From Acaryochloris thomasi RCC1774 (GTDB taxonomy: Bacteria; Cyanobacteriota; Cyanobacteriia; Thermosynechococcales; Thermosynechococcaceae), in contig NZ_PQWO01000002.1 in the NCBI RefSeq assembly GCF_003231495.1, forward strand, positions 60,001-92,000: a stretch of DNA of 32,000 nucleotides, given 5' to 3'. Under the pieces are notes generated by a model. The model ran no database searches. It was not told where the DNA came from and was given only the letters and a program-made list of their open reading frames with translations. Made by a program: the position numbers and the translations under genes. Positions 7,551 to 16,310 of this stretch are shown here, one piece after another. Position 1 is the stretch's first letter. Each line of letters opens with the position of its first letter.

Positions 7551-8105
7551 GCGAGCGTAAAACCTTTTCAAAGAGGTTGAAGTGACAGTCGGTTTATTGA
7601 ATTTTCATATTGATAACGCTAATTATAGATGCGTTGCTCATCATTCTTAAAAAATAATGATCTTCTTGTAAATAAGCTTAAAGAAATATTGATTTATGCC
7701 TCTGTTATTGTGTCGGCGAGCATTAGGACTCGCTACTTGTGATCCATGCTCATGGGGCTTTCTGAGGACGGATGTATCGGTAAAGTCTCGCAGAACCTGA
7801 GAGCTGAAGTTCATCTAATAGAATAATTCTTTGACGTGAAATAAGTATAAATACTCTGCAAGGGCGTCGAGAGATTTTAATTTTAGCTATCTAGAAAAAT
7901 GCATCGTTTAACTTGCGACGCTGCTGTTTACGATGCGTCTGCGGCATCTGAATCGGCACTAGAGGAGCGTCGGCGACAGCGTTCAGAGCAGTATTTAACG
8001 TCATCCCAGCAGTTGGCCCACTTTTTGCGCCAGGTGAAGGTGCGATCGCAAACCAAGCAAACCTTCTCCGGCTTTGGATTTGATCGACCTTGTCGAGCCA
8101 TAAAA

Positions 8106-9803
8106 CTATCCCCTTTGAACTGTAAGGTGCTTGGATGAGCGGTAACCGACTGAAGAGGTCGACTGTAATGCTTGGCAAACCACCCTCAGTCCAAAGGAGT
8201 TCTGCGAGGAATCGGGTGATGAGCGGTAGCGAAATGCAGAGCGACAGGTGTGTGGGCCTTCATACCAAGATCCGCCTCGCCTGACTCGGCGTGTGTTGGT
8301 CTCCCCGCTGTTGATCCAGGCTGTACCGTCGGTGGGGGCACCCTCATAGGTGTCATGCCAGTGGTCTTGGCACCATTCCCAAACTTGGCCGTGGATGTCG
8401 TAGAGGCCGAAGGTATTTCCCGCAAATGTTCCGACTTTAGTTGTGGTCTGCCTGAATGTGCCCTTTGCGCCTCGACCATAGGTATAGCGGCCATCATAGT
8501 TGGCTAAGGCTGTGGTTAGAGTTTTGCCAATTGTGAACGGTGTGTTGGTGCTGGCCCGAGCCGCATATTCCCATTCTGCCTCGCTCGGTAAGCGATAGGC
8601 TTGGCCCGTGGCGGCAGACAGTTTTTGACAAAATTCCACTGCCGCTAGCCAGCTCATCCCTTCTACTGGAAGGTCAGCGCCCTGAAATTGCGAGGGGTTG
8701 TCCCCCATTATGATCTGCCATTGGGCTTGGGTAATCGGGTATTTCCCCATAAAAAAGGAAGGGACTGTGACGGTGTGTCGCGGACCTTCATTTTTTTGCC
8801 GATGGGCTTCTGTGACGGATGAACCCATGCTAAATTGCCCGCCCGGTACGTAAACCATCTCTAGGTCCACTGTATCCTTGAGGCTCTGGCGATAATATTG
8901 GGCTGACTGAATTCGACGTTTTCGCACTTGGCCCTGGTCGTCAACGCCCAAGACCTCAAAGGTAAAGCTGGATAGCTGTGGTGCTGACGGTGTTTCCGGC
9001 GCAGCGTCTGGGGGCGGTTCTTCTGCTGCGGCAGCCTGAGCGGGTTCGGCGGGTGGCTCAGTCGGGGGCTGATAGTTTTTTCCTAAACCAAAGGCTGCAA
9101 TAGCCGTGTCTACGGGAATACCTAGATTAAGGCCATCTTTGATGCGAACGTCCTGGAGACGCTGTCCTGCGGCCCGACCATGAATGCCAATTAACTGACC
9201 CCCTTGATCTAGAACAGGGCCACCACTCATGCCTGCTTTGGTCACGGCTGTATAAGAAAAGCCGTAGCCGTCCTCAAAGCTATCAATAGAAGCCACCTCT
9301 CCCCGCGTCAAGGTAAGAGTCGAAACGGAGATTGCCTCGTCGGCCAGAGGATAGCCGATCACGTAAACCGCATCTAAGACATCTAGGGATTTAAACTTGC
9401 CCACATTGGTCACGCGATAGGATTTGTCGCTGGAGAAGGTTGCGATCGCAATATCTGCTTCAGCCCCCATCTTGACCATCTGGGTGTTGAGAGGGTGAGT
9501 TTCGCCATCATAGGTCGTGATATAGGCCTCTTCCTCTGGGTTAGAGTTTTTGACCACATGGGCTGCTGTCAGTACGGTATAAATCGAGCCGTTCTTGTGA
9601 ATCAAAACGCCAGACCCAGACGGACCTTGGGTAATTACCTTTACCGTAACCTGACGGGCTATTTTGCGGATTTCTCTCACTGATTTAGCTGCAGCCCATC
9701 TTGGAGAAGCGATGCTGAGAAATACGGTGCCTCCGAATAGTAAAAACTGTCTACGCTTGATTCCCATACCCGTTGTAATTTGCTTGTGGGTTAACAAAAG
9801 CAC
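8106..9803 (-). CDS. Exported trypsin-like serine protease fused to an FGE-sulfatase (SUMF1/formylglycine-generating-enzyme-like) domain
   Basis: N-terminus '[22 protein letters not shown]' is a twin-arginine-type signal; ATG at 9767 is an alternative to GTG at 9803. S1 protease triad context: 'TAAHVV', 'DIAIATF', 'GMSGGPVLD'. A Pro/Ala-rich linker follows ('[30 protein letters not shown]'). The FGE-sulfatase domain shows '[15 protein letters not shown]', '[17 protein letters not shown]', 'RVRRGGSWY' and 'FGLRVV'. Confidence 0.85.
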   Translation of the reverse strand: MLLLTHKQITTGMGIKRRQFLLFGGTVFLSIASPRWAAAKSVREIRKIARQVTVKVITQGPSGSGVLIHKNGSIYTVLTAAHVVKNSNPEEEAYITTYDGETHPLNTQMVKMGAEADIAIATFSSDKSYRVTNVGKFKSLDVLDAVYVIGYPLADEAISVSTLTLTRGEVASIDSFEDGYGFSYTAVTKAGMSGGPVLDQGGQLIGIHGRAAGQRLQDVRIKDGLNLGIPVDTAIAAFGLGKNYQPPTEPPAEPAQAAAAEEPPPDAAPETPSAPQLSSFTFEVLGVDDQGQVRKRRIQSAQYYRQSLKDTVDLEMVYVPGGQFSMGSSVTEAHRQKNEGPRHTVTVPSFFMGKYPITQAQWQIIMGDNPSQFQGADLPVEGMSWLAAVEFCQKLSAATGQAYRLPSEAEWEYAARASTNTPFTIGKTLTTALANYDGRYTYGRGAKGTFRQTTTKVGTFAGNTFGLYDIHGQVWEWCQDHWHDTYEGAPTDGTAWINSGETNTRRVRRGGSWYEGPHTCRSAFRYRSSPDSSQNSFGLRVVCQALQSTSSVGYRSSKHLTVQRG

Positions 9804-10401
9804 TCCAATCTGTGGTGCTCTATATTTTGATCGTCATGAAAATCTAAATTGCATGCTCAGAGAAAACGTGAGCATACGTTATCGGCTATAGGAGGAATCC
9901 ATGAGCCTATCTTTGCCTAAAATCAGTTCATTTGGATGACTGGCATGCGCCAATAGGCTTGTAGGGTCGCGTCTTGAGCTTTAGTGCAACAACCTGATTC
10001 AGTGTTAACGGTTAACTAGCTCTCAAGTCAAGTTCTTTGATGCGACTCTAGGGCTTTGAATTATTCTTGAGATTAAAATAATTCTAAAAAAGTAAATTTC
10101 TTGAATTAGATTCGAGCCTTTATTATTGATTTGATCTTATCATTTTGTGGCTTTTATTAACTCTATTAAGCCTAAATATTGCTGGTAAGAGTAATTGAAT
10201 TCCATGCTTTTTTCTCTGGGAATACTAAATAAAATTATTGCAGCCTTCGCCACTGTTGCCCAGGCTGGCTCTGATCTGCAGAGAATTGCGCTCTCCCCTC
10301 TTCTGTCATTTCTGTTGTCGGGTATTGAACAGCATATCAATATGGAATTTAGAATCTCAGGCATTCTCGGAGACTCTAGAAGACGTTAGCGGGCCATCAA
10401 A

Positions 10402-11853
10402 CTATCCCTGCTGAACGGCAAAACGCTTTTGATTGGCGGCAATCGACTGCTGGAAATCCACCATTGGCTGAGGGTAGTCCTGGCCGAGTCGAAGGTTCAG
10501 GCGCGCTTGCTCTTCTGCCGTCAGCCGCCAAGGCTCATGGACCTTGGCGCGAGGCACCTTTGCCAGTTCTGGGAGCCAATGACGAACATAGTCTCCCTTC
10601 GCATCATAATCACGGGACTGCTTGAGAATATTGAAATAGCGGAACTCTCGGGCATCGTTGCCCACTCCAGCGGTGTAGTTCCAGTTGCCCCAGTTGCTGC
10701 AGACATCGTAGTCAATCAGCTGCGATTCAAACCACTCTGCTCCCCACTGCCAGTTAATGCCCAGATTTTTAGTCAAAAAGCTTGCTACATTTTGACGACC
10801 GCGATTGGACATAAAGCCCGTTAGCTTCAGCTCTCGCATATTGGCGTCCACTAGCGGATAGCCCGTTTTTCCCTGCCGCCAGCATTCAAAGGCGTCAGTA
10901 TCGGTTTGCCAGGGCAGATCAAGTCCCCTCAGCCCGGATTGACGGAATAGGTGAGTGCCGTGCTTTGCCGCGATCAGCCGGAAGAAATCTCGCCACAGCA
11001 GCTCAAACACCATCCAGTAAGTCGAGTCATTGCGAACCCGTTCGGTTTCGTAGGATTGGACATGCTCATAAATTAGACGAGGTGAGAGACAGCCTAAGGC
11101 CAGCCAGGGCGAAAACTTAGAAGAGTAGTTGGCCCCCAGCATCTCGTTACGGGTTTGCTTATAGCGCCTGAGGCAGTCCTGCCCCCAAATATAGTCATGG
11201 AGTCTGGCTCGCCCAGCCGTTTCGCCGCCCTGAAAAGACAGTACGGCGCGTGGATTAGGTTCAACGGGCGATAAATCTAGTGCTGACAGTGTGGGGATTG
11301 CGCCTGCATCGATATTGGGCAGCGGTGGCAGATTCTTGGGTGTCGGGAAGCTGGGGCGCACCGTCGATTGCTTTTCCACTTGCTTACGGAAGTGCGTGAA
11401 AAGTTCTGGAATTCGTGAGATCTCCACGGGCAAATCATCGGGGTGGTACAGTGTTGCTCCCCAAAAGCGCTGGCAGGGAATCTGGACAGCCGCTTCAACG
11501 CCTTTTGCGACCGCCAGTTCCTCAGACGTTGCCTCTCGGTGGAAATAGATAGCAGAGAGATCTAAAGCTTGAACAAGCTGTGGGATGACAATCTCAGGGC
11601 GTTCGTGGCGCACGATTAGGTTGCTACCTAGAGCTCGTAGCGAGTTCTGGAGATCGGTCACGCTTTCTGTGAGGAATTGCGATCGCATCGCCCCTGTCTT
11701 ATCAAAACCAAAAGGCGTCGTCGTAAATTGCCGAGGGTCAAAGCAGTAAAGGGGAATAACCTGTGCCCCCAGCCTCAGCGCCTGCGTCAGCGGCTCATGG
11801 TCATGGAGCCGCAGATCGTTCCGAAACCAGATCAGAATTCGGTGAGCACCCAT
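10402..11853 (-). CDS. Cryptochrome DASH (photolyase/cryptochrome family)
   Basis: 483 aa. N-terminal photolyase domain 'ILIWFRNDLRLHDHEPL'. FAD-binding region 'WRDFF', 'TGYPLVDANMRELKLTGFMSNRGRQNVASFL' and 'DYDVCSNWGNWNYTAGVGND'. Length and motifs fit Cry-DASH better than a class I CPD photolyase. Confidence 0.85.
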   Translation of the reverse strand: MGAHRILIWFRNDLRLHDHEPLTQALRLGAQVIPLYCFDPRQFTTTPFGFDKTGAMRSQFLTESVTDLQNSLRALGSNLIVRHERPEIVIPQLVQALDLSAIYFHREATSEELAVAKGVEAAVQIPCQRFWGATLYHPDDLPVEISRIPELFTHFRKQVEKQSTVRPSFPTPKNLPPLPNIDAGAIPTLSALDLSPVEPNPRAVLSFQGGETAGRARLHDYIWGQDCLRRYKQTRNEMLGANYSSKFSPWLALGCLSPRLIYEHVQSYETERVRNDSTYWMVFELLWRDFFRLIAAKHGTHLFRQSGLRGLDLPWQTDTDAFECWRQGKTGYPLVDANMRELKLTGFMSNRGRQNVASFLTKNLGINWQWGAEWFESQLIDYDVCSNWGNWNYTAGVGNDAREFRYFNILKQSRDYDAKGDYVRHWLPELAKVPRAKVHEPWRLTAEEQARLNLRLGQDYPQPMVDFQQSIAANQKRFAVQQG

Positions 11854-11961
11854 GATTGCTGTCTTGCCCTTTTAAATTTTAGGTGTGTTTACAGAAACAC
11901 ATACTAACCTGAGAATAGGCGTGAGAGCCTTCATGTCAAATGTGCAAAGGATTATCAATTA

Positions 11962-12387
11962 ATGAAAGTCAAGTTCAAGCAATTTTGTAAATCACTCTTG
12001 GTCACCGTCTGCATGGCGGGGCTACTGCTACTCACTAGCGTCAATACTTTGACCCCAGCAGCCGTTGCCGCAAGCGACCAGGTGCAGCTCTATACCGATA
12101 GTGTGCAGTCCCTTAAAGATCGCGTCCCTGAGCTAGAGCCACTCATTCAATCACAGAACTGGAATGGTATTAAAACCTTCCTCCGTGGTCCGTTGGGTGA
12201 GCTAGGGATCCGTCTGAGTCGATTAGAAGGTGCATTGCCAAAATCTGACCTGACCCAGTACAGACGCTCTGTCCAAAATTTGCAGGATCATCTTCAAAAA
12301 CTAGACGTTGCCGCCAGCAAAAGAAATGTAAAAGTTGCCGCAACGGCCTATCAATCAATACTGAATGACTTTGAGCAGATTCTATAA
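11962..12387 (+). CDS. psbQ: Photosystem II extrinsic protein CyanoQ (PsbQ-like)
   Basis: 141 aa with an N-terminal signal sequence. 'LIQSQNWNGIKTFLRGPLGELGIRLSRL...LPKSD...HLQKLDVAASKRN...YQSILNDFEQIL' aligns well with my recollection of Synechocystis Sll1638 ('LIADQNWVDTQTYIHGPLGQLRRDM...LPKDQ...HLERLDAAAKDRN'). Confidence 0.7.
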   Translation: MKVKFKQFCKSLLVTVCMAGLLLLTSVNTLTPAAVAASDQVQLYTDSVQSLKDRVPELEPLIQSQNWNGIKTFLRGPLGELGIRLSRLEGALPKSDLTQYRRSVQNLQDHLQKLDVAASKRNVKVAATAYQSILNDFEQIL

Positions 12388-12641
12388 CGCTAATCTTAAA
12401 CCTGTCTTTCTCAAGACCTGTGCAGAACGTCATAGCTGGTAGCGTCGGTCTGTATTGACACATTCTCAAAGCAGTATTCCCCCGGTCTGCCTTCCGATTT
12501 TGGAGGCGCTGGGGGAGTTTTATTATTCTGTCTAGGGAGCTTCATGCCATACCTTTGTTCCGAAGTCCTGTCGCGGTCTGAACTCTGTGTCAAGATTGTC
12601 CAGATAACCCGGAACAGAACTGGCTAGTTTTTAAGATTGAG

Positions 12642-14147
12642 ATGACGATTGGTGTTTGGATATTAGGTGATCAGCTCTGGAGTGAACAGGCTGCCCTACG
12701 GACTTGTGAAGAAAAAGGACCGGTGCTTTTCATTGAGTCGGCCCAGCAGGGGCAAGAGCGCCCCTACCATCGACAAAAGCTGATTTTAGTTTGGTCAGCC
12801 ATGCGTCACTTTGCTGAAGAGTTGCGTCAGGCAGAGTGGTTGGTTACCTATGAGATTGCCTCAGATTTTGTGAAACCGCTCACAAATTGGGTCAAGGCTC
12901 AGCAGATCACAGAACTGCGGGTAATGGCTCCCAACGATCGCCCGTTTGCAGTATTTCTGCAGTCTTTAGCGTTGCCCTGCTCGCTAACGCTCGTGCTCAA
13001 TAACCACTTCCTCTGGAGCGATGCTGAGTTCCAAGACTGGGCAGAGGGTCGCAAGACGCTGCGTATGGAAACCTTCTACCGAGAGGGTCGCAAGCGCTTT
13101 CAGGTTTTGATGGAAGGCAAGCATCCCGTCGGGGGGCAGTGGAATTTCGATAAGGAAAATCGGAAGCCGCCTTCCAAGCAGCTCCAGCCTCCTGAACCGC
13201 TGTGGTTTGAACCAGACACGATTACTCAGGAGGTGATAGACAGGGTTGAATCGGAGGACTTGTCTAATTATGGTGCCGCGCAACCTTTTCGTTGGGCCGT
13301 CACTCGGGCACAGGCGCTACAGGTTCTAGATTCTTTCATTGAGCATCGACTTCCGACCTTTGGTGCCTACCAAGATGCAATGGTCACGGGGGAGGACACG
13401 CTGTGGCATGCTCTACTGTCGCCTTATCTTAATTTAGGATTGCTGCAGCCCCTTGAGGTGGTTGAGGCTGCTGAGCGGGCCTACCATGAACGCCAAATTG
13501 CGCTTAACAATGTTGAGGGTTTTATTCGTCAGGTGCTGGGGTGGCGGGAGTATATGCATGGCCTCTACCACCATGCCGATCATAGCCAGAGTAATTGGTT
13601 TGGGCATACGCGTGCGCTACCCGATTTCTATTGGACGGCTCAGACCGAGATGAACTGCCTGCACCAAACTCTATCCCAGGTGGAGCGAACCGGCTATGCT
13701 CACCACATTCAGCGCTTGATGCTGCTCAGTAACTTTGCTTTGATTGCGGGGCTATCGCCCCAGGCTGTCGAAGATTGGTTTCATGCAGCCTTTATCGATG
13801 CCTATGACTGGGTGATGCAGACTAACGTCATCGGCATGGGACTTTTTGCTGACGGCGGTGTTCTAGCCTCTAAGCCCTATGCGGCGTCGGCTAACTACAT
13901 TAACCGCATGAGCGACTACTGCAAGGGCTGTCAATATAATCCCAAGGTGCGAATCGGCGAGACGGCCTGCCCATTTAACTTTTTTTACTGGGACTTTTTA
14001 GATCGCCATCGAGATAAGCTTCAGTCCCAAGGACGCATGAGCTTTATCTTGGCGAATCTCGACAAAATGGCAGCAGAGGAGCTGGCCGCGATCCGGCAGC
14101 AGGCCCAAAACTGGCATCAAAAGCATCAGCCCGTGCAGTCAGATTGA
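12642..14147 (+). CDS. FeS-BCP type cryptochrome/photolyase (PhrB/CryB-like, prokaryotic (6-4) photolyase family)
   Basis: 501 aa, starting 'MTIGVWILGDQLW'. Four Cys are spaced as in the [4Fe-4S] ligands of PhrB/CryB: 'MNCLHQT' then 'DYCKGCQYNPKVRIGETACPF' (C-x2-C-x12-C). This is the COG3046-like 'photolyase-related' architecture. Confidence 0.8.
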   Translation: MTIGVWILGDQLWSEQAALRTCEEKGPVLFIESAQQGQERPYHRQKLILVWSAMRHFAEELRQAEWLVTYEIASDFVKPLTNWVKAQQITELRVMAPNDRPFAVFLQSLALPCSLTLVLNNHFLWSDAEFQDWAEGRKTLRMETFYREGRKRFQVLMEGKHPVGGQWNFDKENRKPPSKQLQPPEPLWFEPDTITQEVIDRVESEDLSNYGAAQPFRWAVTRAQALQVLDSFIEHRLPTFGAYQDAMVTGEDTLWHALLSPYLNLGLLQPLEVVEAAERAYHERQIALNNVEGFIRQVLGWREYMHGLYHHADHSQSNWFGHTRALPDFYWTAQTEMNCLHQTLSQVERTGYAHHIQRLMLLSNFALIAGLSPQAVEDWFHAAFIDAYDWVMQTNVIGMGLFADGGVLASKPYAASANYINRMSDYCKGCQYNPKVRIGETACPFNFFYWDFLDRHRDKLQSQGRMSFILANLDKMAAEELAAIRQQAQNWHQKHQPVQSD

Positions 14148-14245
14148 GTGAAACACCATTAAATCGGCCACAAGCGCCATTCAAGCATCTGCGCAGATAG
14201 CAAACAGCTACTGCAGAGATGCTGAGGGCAGTTAATCTTCTGTCT

Positions 14246-15871
14246 CTACTTGCTTGCCGGCTGGAGCGTCATCACAATATCTGTTTTTAGGGTGGAGTTA
14301 TCCATTTGTGAGGTTGTGGCACCGACAGCCCGAATGGATTTGAGAATGGCCTGTGTTTCGGGCGTGAGCCAACCGCTTTGGGCGATGAGTGGATTGCTGG
14401 CTAGGATGCCGGAGGCCTGCTCCATATTGAGGTAGAAGTAGCCTGAGTTCTCTTTAGGGAAAGAGGCTGTTGCTTCTTGAAAGACTTTGCTGCTGCCCAG
14501 GGTCCGCTCAGGCTCGGAAACTAAGATATCAGCCATCGGTCCACCCAGCGCCATAAAAGAGGTGTCTTGGTCGAGCCAGCCATGACTGACCAAGGTTCCC
14601 TGGACGGGGATTTGCCATTCTGTGACTGAGGTGCTGTCAATGTCGCGTTGCTTGAGCTGTAGTAGGTTTTTCGTGGCTAGGGTATCTAGCTTGCCAAAGG
14701 TCTTTTCGGCAGTGTTGCGATCGCTAGTCTCCAGCAGCAGCGCCCCACCAAATCCCACATCGGCGAGCAGACCCTCTTTGGAAGGAATGAGGCCGAGGGC
14801 AAATTCGCCATCCATCCATCCCAAAAGATCCTTGTCGAGATCCAGTTGGGTGAACTGTCGTAGTTGCTGCCGTGTTTGATCTAGTCCCTGCTTAAACTCG
14901 GGCACTTTATTGAGCTGCTCCACGCTGGTGGCCCAAGACTCACTGATGCCGCTGCCGCTGACCAAGGCCAGCGTATTTTCTGGAAACTCCGCAATCACCT
15001 TGCCGGGGATTGGTTTGTAGTTCCACTGCTTTGTCTCGGGATTCATGGCTGTAATTGCCCGCATCTGTAAGCCCTGATCATCAATGCCCATGCCGACAAC
15101 GACGGACTCAATCTGATCAAGCTGGTCGAGCACCTGAGGCGGTACAGGGGATGCGGATGCTGCGGAAAACTGCTTAAAGAAAGCACTGTAGTTGGGGATG
15201 TAGACCTGAGCAACTGGATTATTGAAGTCTTTCAGGGCATCGGCCATTGCCCCCTTCGATTGCGTTGCAAGGGATGGATCACCCTTGGAAGTGTCAATGG
15301 CAAGCTCTAGAGTTTTGCGATCGTTGGTAATGAGCAAATGGTTCTCTAGAACGCCCAAAAATGAAGATGATTTGGTATCAGCTAAGACCTTAATGCCTTT
15401 GTACTCTTCTTCTTCGATGGTGGATTCAGCATTCTCCTTCATTTTGTTGGCGAATTTGAGGGCTGCCAGTTTGTCTTTGATACCCACAACAAGTAGGGAC
15501 TGCGGCTCAGCTTCTTTTTCTGATGGCATTAGTGCCACCATGATGCTGCCGAGCCAAGGTCGTACATCTTTCTCGACATCAATCTTCTGGTCCGTGGCAG
15601 ATTTCTCTAGACTGCCGATGAACTCTTCGTATCCCTTAGAGAAAAGTGCCTGAGCTTCAGGAGTGCCAAATTTTTTCAGCTTGCTCCATGCCTGATCATC
15701 TCCGGAAACGAAGCCGGTCATCAATGCTTCATCGGGCACTATGGCGGCGCTGGCGCTGGGGTCAATCCCAACTTGAGCTGGAATGCCTTTGAAGTAGAAG
15801 TAGGCTGCTGTTCCACCTGCGACGACGCTCCCTCCGAGAAGAGCGGGAACAATGAGCTTCCACTTTGCCAT
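14246..15871 (-). CDS. Membrane-anchored hypothetical protein (probably the cyanobacterial DUF3352 family)
   Basis: 541 aa. A single N-terminal transmembrane helix ('WKLIVPALLGGSVVAGGTAAYFYF') is followed by a large soluble domain with no catalytic motif. The DUF3352 assignment is from memory of size and architecture only. Confidence 0.6.
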   Translation of the reverse strand: MAKWKLIVPALLGGSVVAGGTAAYFYFKGIPAQVGIDPSASAAIVPDEALMTGFVSGDDQAWSKLKKFGTPEAQALFSKGYEEFIGSLEKSATDQKIDVEKDVRPWLGSIMVALMPSEKEAEPQSLLVVGIKDKLAALKFANKMKENAESTIEEEEYKGIKVLADTKSSSFLGVLENHLLITNDRKTLELAIDTSKGDPSLATQSKGAMADALKDFNNPVAQVYIPNYSAFFKQFSAASASPVPPQVLDQLDQIESVVVGMGIDDQGLQMRAITAMNPETKQWNYKPIPGKVIAEFPENTLALVSGSGISESWATSVEQLNKVPEFKQGLDQTRQQLRQFTQLDLDKDLLGWMDGEFALGLIPSKEGLLADVGFGGALLLETSDRNTAEKTFGKLDTLATKNLLQLKQRDIDSTSVTEWQIPVQGTLVSHGWLDQDTSFMALGGPMADILVSEPERTLGSSKVFQEATASFPKENSGYFYLNMEQASGILASNPLIAQSGWLTPETQAILKSIRAVGATTSQMDNSTLKTDIVMTLQPASK

Positions 15872-15918
15872 AAAAATTCTCCATAGTTAGTCTTAAGGGT
15901 TCCCCATTGGGAACGGAA

Positions 15919-16194
15919 TTATTCAACGGTGAGCAATCCATGTAGGCCAATGGCGGCTAAAAGGCTGCTCAATAGGGTCCAGGTGCCGTCTGCGAATAGG
16001 TTGATGCGCTGAGTCGTTTGGGCTGCATTCGCTTTAAACAGCGTTGACAGGTCTGATGTTGCTACCACCACCCGCTTGAATTCTGCATAGTCTTGCTGGA
16101 GCTGATCCCAGTCCTGGAGGGCATAATGGCCGAAAACAGCCATCCCTGCTATTCCGGGCACAATCAAGAGCAAAGCGAGCAGAACTTTCTTCAT
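15919..16194 (-). CDS. Small two-helix membrane protein, hypothetical
   Basis: Starting at ATG 16194 gives MKKVLLALLLIVPGIAGMAVFGHYAL...GTWTLLSSLLAAIGLHGLL, with hydrophobic helices at both ends. It lies 47 nt upstream of the DUF3352-like gene on the same strand. The ORF-track start at 16254 adds an unlikely Cys/His-rich extension. Confidence 0.5.
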   Translation of the reverse strand: MKKVLLALLLIVPGIAGMAVFGHYALQDWDQLQQDYAEFKRVVVATSDLSTLFKANAAQTTQRINLFADGTWTLLSSLLAAIGLHGLLTVE

Positions 16195-16310
16195 TCGTGG
16201 GTGTATCGGGAGAACATGACACAATAGACGACAGTAATTAAAAACTGTTGCCACTCACGCGGACCATAGCAGAAATGCGGTGGTTTACGGGTCTTTTAGG
16301 TTAAGCCGCG

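Noticed and set aside
7891-8178. Overlapping ORFs 7891-8178 (minus, 95 aa) and 7899-8138 (plus, 79 aa), just beyond the 3' end of the protease-FGE gene.
   Set aside because: They occupy the same DNA on opposite strands and both overlap the protease gene end. Neither has a recognisable motif, signal or ribosome-binding site. I cannot tell whether either is real, so I called no feature. The ~200 bp of normal-GC DNA may be a gene remnant.
10058-10084. 8-bp inverted repeat GAATTATT-N11-AATAATTC, plus repeated 'TTGAATTA' words in the AT-rich spacer upstream of the protease gene.
   Set aside because: In DNA of ~21% GC, AT-only 8-mers recur by chance far more often than 4^-8 suggests. There is no second line of support.
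11962-12030. Possible lipobox in CyanoQ ('LLVTVC').
   Set aside because: Val at position -1 does not fit the [GAS]-Cys lipobox consensus. An alternative type-I cleavage after 'AVAA' is equally plausible. I did not call lipidation.
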